Origin: Owenia fusiformis
Lineage: Eukaryota
Length of the DNA: 64,000 nt
Direction of reading: 5' to 3'
NCBI GenBank assembly: GCA_903813345.2
Contig: CAIIXF020000001.1
Location: 12,524,001-12,588,000 of the forward strand
Shown here: positions 56,038 to 64,000 of the stretch, piece after piece
Numbering within the stretch: position 1 is the stretch's first letter
Layout: each line of letters starts with the position of its first letter
Notes under the pieces: generated by a model
What the model was told of the DNA's origin: nothing
Seen by the model: only the letters and a program-made list of their open reading frames with translations
Database searches by the model: none
Translations under genes and position numbers: made by a program

Positions 56038-56558
56038 CTGAAAATAGAAATGTATTGAAATTGTTAAATGTATGTTAACATTTCTAGGACCAAAAATCAA
56101 CAAAAATGCAGTTTTATGATATTCCAAGCATGAACAAACCAAACCAGTTATAGATTTACATTTGAAGAAAATCACTGAAAATTTCCAATCAATCCATCAA
56201 GCAGTTTGGGCAGACATAAAAAGCCAACATTTGTGTGCTAAAAAGATGAGAAAATTGTACCTTTTTGAGGTACTGTACAATAAAAAAATGAATGCTCATA
56301 AAAGACAATAAGTAAATACAAAATATAGCAACATAACATACATATATTTTCAATTGGTTGTGATTATAATGACACAATTAGTTCTACATATACATGGACA
56401 TGATACTTTAAAATAGATTTATGTTGATGAATACTCTGAAGTGGTTAATGTAAGCTTACTCTTCACTTTTTATCAATTTAAATTTATGATACACCATTCA
56501 TTATTCAAATGTCTATGAGCAAAAACACTGAACATATTAATTTAAAATCTATAACAGT

Positions 56559-56640
56559 ATGAAGCTATTAGGATTTATTGGAATATTCTTGCTGCTGACT
56601 GTTGATTTTTCAGTCATGCACAGCCAGCACAATGATACAC
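56559..56640 (+). CDS. Uncharacterised type I membrane receptor, copy A, exon 1 (signal peptide)
   Basis: MKLLGFIGIFLLLTVDFSVMHSQHNDT; phase-1 donor GTAAGT; paralogous to 61412-61493. Confidence 0.8.
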
Positions 56641-56843
56641 GTAAGTCTTTTGAAGTATAGAGAATGAAATATTATTTCAATGTTCATAGTGAGAGGTCAC
56701 AGCCTAGAATCTATCAATTCCTTTCTAGTAACCGTATATACTTTGAGAGGTATAAATGGTCTGGAAGGAAAAGGTCAATGATTAAGCCGTAGTAAAATTG
56801 AGTTGTTAAAATTGAAGATGGTAAAACCTCATATTTATTTCAG

Positions 56844-57125
56844 CTGACACTTGCATCCCAGATCAGAGCTTCCATTTAATTAGAAATGAATATGATGGAA
56901 AACGAAGTGACTGCCAACCAGTAGATATAAGTCATAATATAGGCTTGGAAGAATGCAAACATAGAGCATGTCTGAGTGGTGGCAATGTTATCAACTGGGG
57001 CAGGCATATCTTTCCTGGAAGGCATTACTGTGAAGTTAGGCAATGCTGTAAAAGAGATGATGAGGAGGACTGGGATTTTAAGATGGTAGATGATACGCTT
57101 GGATTTAATGTCTACACCATTCCAT
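56844..57125 (+). CDS. Receptor copy A exon 2, Cys-rich PAN/apple-like domain 1
   Basis: 282 bp, phase 1-1; DTCIPDQSFHLIRNEYDGKRSDC...LEECKHRACLSGGNVINW...YCEVRQCC...FNVYTIP; tttcAG / GTGAGT. Confidence 0.85.
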
Positions 57126-57423
57126 GTGAGTTACAAGTGTTACTTATAAATAATCTCAAAACATATAAATTCAAAGAGACATCTGCTATTAGACTGGTAT
57201 AACATAATGATAAGTGACCACATTTGATATCATAACAATTTTTAAGTTATAAGCAATATAAAAAACTACCCATACTAAATAATCTCAGTGTTCATAATAT
57301 TATAAGAGACAAGGCATAATTCTAACTGGCTCATCTACAGAACAAGATGTGAAATAATACTAATGTATATACGAGCACATTGTACCGACTGAATAAAACA
57401 AATATAAATCTTTTTTATTTCAG

Positions 57424-57714
57424 ACCCAAATTCACCTGTATGTAGAACAGGAAGCAATCTGAAACAGTTTGTGAATAGATACAACATGGATGCACAAGTG
57501 TCCTGTGAGTGTGAACATATAGCATCACATAAAAATATTGCATCACTTGCTGAGTGTATGGAGCAAGCATGCAAAGATAATGCAAACGTCTTCAATTATA
57601 GGAATGTAACACCTCACAGTGGCTGCTATACAAAATTGTGTCATAAGAGATTTAGAGATTATGATTTTGAATTAATCAAACAAAATGGTCCTTATTTCGT
57701 TTATGCTTTAACAT
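57424..57714 (+). CDS. Receptor copy A exon 3, Cys-rich PAN/apple-like domain 2
   Basis: 291 bp, phase 1-1; PVCRTG...SLAECMEQACKDNANVFNY...GCYTKLC...YFVYALT; tttcAG / GTGAGT. Confidence 0.85.
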
Positions 57715-58357
57715 GTGAGTTAACACTTAATATTGTATTAGATTATAAAGGTCAAAATACATGTATATAAAAATATATCTGCTGATTTCAATTAATAAAT
57801 ATGTCTATTATTAACTACATGTATAATGCAGTTATACACGATTAACAATATAGAAGTACTGTATGTATCAGGCCCGGAGCCAGCTTTTGCCAAGGGGGAG
57901 ATTCACTTTTCAGAAAAATTCCAGGGGGGTTCACCTTGACAAAGGAGGAGGGAAAGAACAGATGTCGTACAGTCATATGTTGGATTTTGGCTATTTTCTG
58001 AGGATTTAAACAGGTGCATATGTTAGACAAATGCATTACCTCCAGCACTCATAGAGATGATAAAACAATTTAGACTTTGAGACAGGGAAGATGCAAACAA
58101 CCAACCCACATGTTTTTTCTGAAATCTTTTCCTGATTTTCAACCTCTTCCATCCCTGCTTTTTTAATTTTTCTATCACATGACTGTCCGAAATCTGTAAA
58201 ATCAGCACTAAAATGGTGGCCATTTTTAAACAAGCGACCATTTTGAATTTTGACCATTTTTGACGATCAGTCCGTCCTTATGGATGGAGGCGTTCCTTAT
58301 ATCCCTCCAAATTTTGTTTGATGGGATGACAATCTCTTGTGCATACTTTGGTATATA

Positions 58358-58807
58358 CAGGGTGAGCTGAAAAAGGTAACCCAAGCAAATATATGTCAAT
58401 AACTCAGTCATTCAGCATGGGTCTAAAATCATATTTAGCAGGATTAATGTTTATGTTCAAATTCCATAGGTCACAATTTTATTGCCAATTATAAAACATG
58501 TTCAAATGCTGAAATGTGGCACACTCACTGGACATAAATTCCCCGGGGCCTTTATCTGTGATGCAAATGTCTTCACTAAACAGCCTTGAATTGAAACATT
58601 TGAAGCAAGAGATAAGAATGAAGATGACGGCCATTACTCAATATGCCTGTGCTTTTCTAGTGAACAACCTTGCCCGAAATGTTAAATTTTCCTCCAAATA
58701 TGAAAGAGCATTGGACAAGGTATTAATTGTTTCAAATATGATCTTAATTATATGCTAAATGATTGAGTTATTAACACTTGTTTGGGTTACCTTTTTGGCT
58801 CACTCTG
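58358..58807. mobile_element. Tc1/mariner-type MITE in an intron of receptor copy A
   Basis: TA|CAGGGTGAGCTGAAAAAGGTAACCCAA...TTGGGTTACCTTTTTGGCTCACTCTG|TA; imperfect TIRs ~90 bp; TA target duplication; absent from copy B. Confidence 0.8.
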
Positions 58808-58876
58808 TACATATTTTATGGTGATATGACATGTAATATTTCATTTGTAATTGAATAAGGGTATTTTATATTCAAG

Positions 58877-59023
58877 TGGATGATATAGCAGATACTGGTT
58901 TCAAGCCACCAATACCGGAATGCAGAGTACCAACAAGTATATCAACTAAAGCTCTCACATCTGCAACCCCAACTAAATCAGAAGTGACATCTCCTCCAGA
59001 TCCAGATCTTACTACAACTAAAA
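58877..59023 (+). CDS. Receptor copy A exon 4, Ser/Thr/Pro-rich stalk (3' boundary uncertain)
   Basis: (L)DDIADTGFKPPIPECRVPTSISTKALTSATPTKSEVTSPPDPDLTTTK; phase-1 acceptor; only a weak donor (GTAGAA) gives an in-frame join. Confidence 0.6.
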
Positions 59024-59368
59024 GTAGAAATAATCTTAAAATTAACACCTTGCCTCAGCTAGAGAGATTACAGTTCACTCAGAAACAATGAATAATCAAC
59101 ATTCATCATTTCCTCATATATGCACATGCACAGTTTGCATTATACATTTTCCTACAGTATAAAGTATTGCTTAATGAAGGTTCACAATAACAGGGGAACC
59201 TCTGCTACAAGAGATGTAAAACTTTTGATCTAAATGTTTTTTCTTTGTAACTTCCAGACACTAACTTGTATAATTCTGGTGTTAATTTTACATTTGTAAA
59301 CCAACAATTATCTTACATTGAGTTATAAAAAGGTATGTGCCAAGCTATATTGATTCTATGTATTGCAG

Positions 59369-59444
59369 GTTTTATTAGTGTGGTGTCTGGGGTGTTAGGG
59401 TTGATTATCATCATTGTTGTTCTGGTCATCATCTTCATGTACAG
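59369..59444 (+). CDS. Receptor copy A exon 5, transmembrane helix
   Basis: ttgcAG / AG|GTCAGT; FISVVSGVLGLIIIIVVLVIIFMY(R). Confidence 0.8.
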
Positions 59445-59613
59445 GTCAGTATCAAACCCCATACATGGAAATTCATAAAACATTCCCTTGGTAAACAATT
59501 TACTTTTTATATCTTTTGCTTGTATAATATCTTTATTGTTATCACAAAATCAGACAGTGTAAATAACCGTCATACTTTACGCATGTATGAACATATCTTT
59601 ATAATGATTGCAG

Positions 59614-59872
59614 GAGGAAAAAAGGAGGAAAAGGCCCCAGAAGGAGAACAGAGCAAAATACTGATAGCTCATCTCAAGTTGAGCATACTTATCAAAATGA
59701 GGTGAATCAAACAGAACATGTCAAAGAAGACCTGGCTATTTCTTCTCCAATCTATGAGGAATTAGCTATGAACATGAGAAGAACAGATCAATCAGAAGAT
59801 GAGCATATATATACAGTGACCAATGGTCCAAGTGTTCATCAGAATAATGATGTGATACAGTCCATGGGCTGA
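59614..59872 (+). CDS. Receptor copy A exon 6, cytoplasmic tail with tyrosine motifs
   Basis: ttgcAG, phase 2; RRKKGGKGPRRR stop-transfer, then HTYQNE, SPIYEEL, EHIYTV; TGA at 59870-59872; AATAAA at ~60011 and ~60094. This frame is not in the ORF track. Confidence 0.78.
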
Positions 59873-60817
59873 AGCCTTCGGATTGACCTATTTGAGTCTA
59901 ATTGTTGAAGATTAGAATCATTTGGGGTCTTAATACCAGTAAAGTTTACCTATATCCACATTTCTTTATTACATTGGTTGGCACCCATTGGTTTCTGATA
60001 TTCACACGCCAATAAATGTGGTCAGATGATAAAGTTGAGATACCTCAACTTGTCCAAATGTTATGAAGTAATGTAAGATGTATGTATTTATGAAATAAAA
60101 TACAAATAATAAAAGTAATGCAGGTTTTTAGTTGTTACAAATATACAAATAATAATAAAACAATTGCTGTTCTTTTTTCCTATGAATTATTATCTATTTT
60201 CACTTTGTATTTCTTTATTTGCTTAGCCCTATCTGGATTTATGAAACACATATGATCATTACACATAATTTTAACAACAATTTTAATTTAAGAAAGTGTG
60301 AAATAGAAATAATACAAATATGATTTTTTGATATAAAATCAAAATATTCTCAGAAACATTGAACTCCTTTCCTATCTTTAAAAATATCCTGAGAAGAAAT
60401 GTTCTTTTTTTCTCATAAAATGATTTTCACTTTCTGTTTATTTCAAATATTCAGACAGAAACTGTTATCTTAAAGGCCATTAGAATTACTATAGTATAAA
60501 GCATTGTCTTCTGTTTATTGTAATTTTGGGTTTAGTGAGTCTGTTTCAATCACAAGAGGAAGAATATCAGTTTCCCACGAGCAATTAATGAGCATTATTA
60601 CCACCTTGCCGAGCCAGTTCTAGGGGTTTTCGTGCTACTTTAGAAGGCATTCATTTCACTATATCGACCTGAGCAAAATGTGACGTCATAGTGGCGGGCA
60701 AGACCGGTCCAGAATGCATTTAACAACCGGCAATTTTCCCCGGGAAATCAGATATCGATCAGTGCTTAAAATTTTCTTGCTGTTTCAGTCCTGGTCATTA
60801 ACGGTAGTAATAATACT

Positions 60818-60918
60818 AATAACGTCATTTCTGCGGGCAATATAGTGAAATATTGATCCTTGGGCCTTCGGCCCTCGGTCCAATATTTCACTATATAACC
60901 CTTTGAAATGACGTTATT
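60818..60918. repeat. ~100-bp hairpin with a TTCG apex (part of a non-autonomous element)
   Basis: aataacgtcatttc..tatagtgaaatattg..gggccTTCGgccc..caatatttcactata..gaaatgacgttatt. Confidence 0.75.
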
Positions 60919-60972
60919 GTACTATTCCTCCCTTGTCCGTGATGATTCAATCGTTTCATAGTTTTATAAGTT

Positions 60973-61130
60973 CAGTGAAACCCGTGCAGTGAAAACCTAT
61001 GGAGCCACGAAAATGTGTTCACTACAGGTAGGTGTTCACTACATAGAGGCAATTTTATACAGATCAGTGAAGTATGTGCTGAGAAGAGTTGTTCACTGGA
61101 CAGGGGCGTTCACTAAGACAGGTCTTACTG
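60973..61130. mobile_element. Degenerate Tc1/mariner(pogo)-type MITE
   Basis: CAGTGAAACC...GGTCTTACTG|TA with internal gtgttcacta subrepeats. Confidence 0.55.
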
Positions 61131-61411
61131 TACTTAATTTTGGTTGGGAGTCAATGTCAAAATGTTCAAAACATTTTCGGAATCAAATATCAAAATTGTT
61201 GCAAATAAGTTAATCTAGCAATATCACTTGCATATATTTTTAATTAGATTTTGATTAAGTTTGGAGTGTTTTTAATCATGAAAACTTTGAAGTGGTTAAT
61301 ATGTAAACTTACTCTTCACTTTTTATCAATTTAAATTTATGATACACAATTCATTATTCAAATGTCTATGACCAAGAACACTGAACACATTAATTTAGAA
61401 TCCACAACAGT

Positions 61412-61493
61412 ATGAAGCTATTTGGATTTATTGGAATATTCTTGCTGTTGACTGTTGATTGTTCAGTGATGTACAACAAACACAATGATACAC
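61412..61493 (+). CDS. Receptor copy B exon 1 (signal peptide)
   Basis: MKLFGFIGIFLLLTVDCSVMYNKHNDT; donor GTAAGT; ~130 bp of upstream sequence is also duplicated from copy A. Confidence 0.8.
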
Positions 61494-61685
61494 GTAAGTC
61501 TTTTCGGGGTATGAAATATTATATAAAAGTTCAGTTAAGGTTCATTGTGAGAGCCTGCTATCAATTCATTTCTACTACAGCATATATTCTTTCAATTTCA
61601 GAAAGGTAGAGGTCTATGATTTACATGAGTCACAGTGAATTGAGTTGTTCAAATTGAAAATGTTAAAACCTCAATTTTATTTCAG

Positions 61686-61964
61686 CCAATTTTTGCATCC
61701 CAGATCAGAGCTTCCATTTAATACGAAATGAATATGATGGAAAACGAAGTGACTGCCAAATGATAGATAGAAGATATAATACGGACTTGGAAATGTGCAA
61801 ACATTTAGCATGTCTGAGAGGTGGCAATGTTATCAACTGGAGCCACATCTTTTTTGGAAGGGGAGACTGTGAAATTAGGCAATGTTGTAAAAGAGATGAT
61901 GAGGAAGACTGGAATTTTAAGATGGTAGATAATACGCTTGGATTTAGTGTCTACACCATTCCAT
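61686..61964 (+). CDS. Receptor copy B exon 2, PAN/apple-like domain 1
   Basis: 279 bp, phase 1-1 (one codon shorter than copy A); NFCIPDQSFHLIRNEYDGKRSDCQMIDRRYNTDLEMCKHLAC... Confidence 0.85.
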
Positions 61965-62371
61965 GTGAGTTATAAGTGTTACTTATAATAATCTCAAAAC
62001 TTATAAATTAAAACAGATGTCTGCTATTTGATTGATGTAACATATTAATAAGTGACAATATTATATGTAAGAACCATTGAAAACAACCAATACAAGACTC
62101 TCAGTGTTCATGTAATATAATACGAGACTAGGTATATTTCAAATGGCTCACCTACACAAGAGGAAGTTAATTGTCATTCTGATCCTCATAGCATCTTTCT
62201 GTTTCACCTGAAACATCTCAGGGCTGAGAAGAAATGAGATGTCATGGTATATCATGATGGTTAATTGTACTAATATACATTTATTCAATTATGTGTAATT
62301 GTTCAACTGAATTAAAAATAATCATATCCTTATTGCATAAAATAATAAATAGGGGTTATGCACTGGGAGGT

Positions 62372-62480
62372 TTTGGATACAGGGAATATCCCGAGGGATA
62401 TACAATATATCTTCCCGAGGGACCGAAGGGACCAAGGGAAGATATATTGTATATCCCAAGGGATATTTCCTGTATCCAAA
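62372..62480. repeat. ~110-bp hairpin with a TTCG apex on the minus strand
   Basis: tttggatacagggaatatccc..gggatatacaatatatcttccc..CGAA..gggaagatatattgtatatccc..gggatatttcctgtatccaaa; in copy B intron 2, absent from copy A. Confidence 0.8.
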
Positions 62481-62778
62481 CCGACCGTGGATAAAAAAAC
62501 TTTTTTTTTTCACATTTTTTGCAGAATTTTTTTTTAGAATTTTTTTTAGAATTTTTTTTCAAAATTTAAAAAAAAATTTACATAATTTTTTTCCCAAAAT
62601 TTATTTTTACATTTTTTTCAAAATTTTTGTTTTGAGCGGGACATACGATTTATATGTCCCGGAGCTCCGTTGGAGCGGAAGATACGAAAAATATTTGCCC
62701 GGATATGGAATATATTCCCGGTTGATATGTCCCTGAAACCTCATCAGGTATGGAATACATATAAATCTATTATTTCAG

Positions 62779-63069
62779 ATACAGGTTCACCTGTATGTAG
62801 TACAGGAAACAATTTGAAACAGTTTGTGAATAGATACAACATGGGTGCACAAGGATCCTCTGATTGTGAACATATAGCATCACATAAAAATATTAGATCA
62901 CTTGCTGAGTGTATGGTACAAGCATGCAGTGACTGTGCAAATGTCTTCAATTATCGGAATGTAACACCTCACAGTGGATGCTTTACAAAATGGTGTTGTA
63001 TGAGAGATGGAGATTATGATTTTGAATTAATCAAACAAAATGGTCCCTATTTCGTTTATGCTTTAACAT
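62779..63069 (+). CDS. Receptor copy B exon 3, PAN/apple-like domain 2
   Basis: 291 bp, phase 1-1; PVCSTG...SLAECMVQACSDCANVFNY...GCFTKWCC...YFVYALT. Confidence 0.85.
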
Positions 63070-63513
63070 GTGAGTTAATCACTTTACAATATATTTGAAT
63101 GTATAAATCAAACTATTAATATACAGGTATACATATAATTATCTATCATTATCATGCTGTTTGATAAAAAATCTCTAATCCTCAGTATTAATTCGTTGAA
63201 TAATAACTTTGTCTTATTCTTTCAACTCTACACACGGACATATAATCATCAATTGTGAAGGCAATAAACCTATATACAAGGCAATAACAAACAAAATGTC
63301 ATCACCTGCCATTTGGTACATTTGTTACTGGCGCCGAACTCTGGATGCTGACTGCTGGATGCTAAACAAAGTCCACAAAAAGTAGTAAATAAAACAATGT
63401 CTAAAACATAATGGCGATATGACCATAGAAGATAAGTGGGCAAGTGGTTTATGTGTAATAATCTATAATTCATTTGTTATCTAATAATTGAATATGGTTC
63501 TTTTACATTCTAG

Positions 63514-63651
63514 TGGATGATATAGTGGACAATGGTTTCAAACCACCTATACCAGAGTGCAGAGTAACCACCATTGCAACAACAGAAGCTCTCACATCTG
63601 CAATACCAACTGAACAAGATGTTACAACTGAACCAACTACAACTGACTTGG
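63514..63651 (+). CDS. Receptor copy B exon 4, Thr-rich stalk (3' boundary uncertain, may extend to ~63726); rest of gene beyond window
   Basis: (L)DDIVDNGFKPPIPECRVTTIATTEALTSAIPTEQDVTTEPTTTDL; acceptor ttctAG; paralogous to 58877 onward. Confidence 0.65.
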
Positions 63652-64000
63652 GTACAATCAATATAACTATAGTAGACACCTCAGCACCTTCAGAGGCAAC
63701 AAACACTCCACATACACATTTTTATAGTATGAACACAGATTGCAATTCAAATCAAAATATAAGTTTAATGCATGTAATCCACAATCTATGATTACTTTAA
63801 CATTTGTGGCACCTTGAAATATTTTTGCAATAACAATTTATTTACTTAGTAACAATGAACTTATTCAGGAACTTCGTGTCCCCAACTTATGCATTTCTGA
63901 TATCAATTTTACTATAAAGCCTGGTTGTTCAACTGTAAAAGTTATCTTATAGTGATTTAATATGTAGCAATACTACTTGTACTTAAGTATATGCAATTTA

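Noticed and set aside
58470-58719. Possible extra exon or pseudo-exon in receptor copy A (AG...GT bounded; ORF 58516-58758)
   Set aside because: Has a stop in the required frame, lies inside a Tc1/mariner MITE and has no counterpart in copy B.

Overview
AT-rich, intron-rich eukaryotic (invertebrate animal-like) genomic DNA with two 500-N scaffold gaps (15915-16414, 19415-19914). It contains: (1) the first three coding exons of a SPEN/split-ends orthologue (+), cut off at the first gap; (2) an orphan thrombospondin type-1 exon on the 3-kb contig between the gaps; (3) six 3' exons of a Mn-CDF/MTP-type cation diffusion facilitator (-, 26884-56037, 5' end not found); (4) inside that gene's introns, a deleted Academ-type DNA transposon, a 90-bp satellite built from the gene's own exon/splice-donor junction, a 44-bp satellite, and an antisense, divergent LRR-containing GPCR; (5) two tandem paralogues of an unrecognised type I membrane receptor (signal peptide, two Cys-rich PAN/apple-like domains, Ser/Thr stalk, TM, Tyr-motif tail) whose ectodomains differ mostly at amino-acid-changing sites; (6) many non-autonomous repeats (Helentron/HINE-like, Tc1/mariner MITEs, long hairpins with a shared TTCG apex). 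Gene models were built by hand from splice signals and frame continuity; family names come from recognised motifs, not from database searches.
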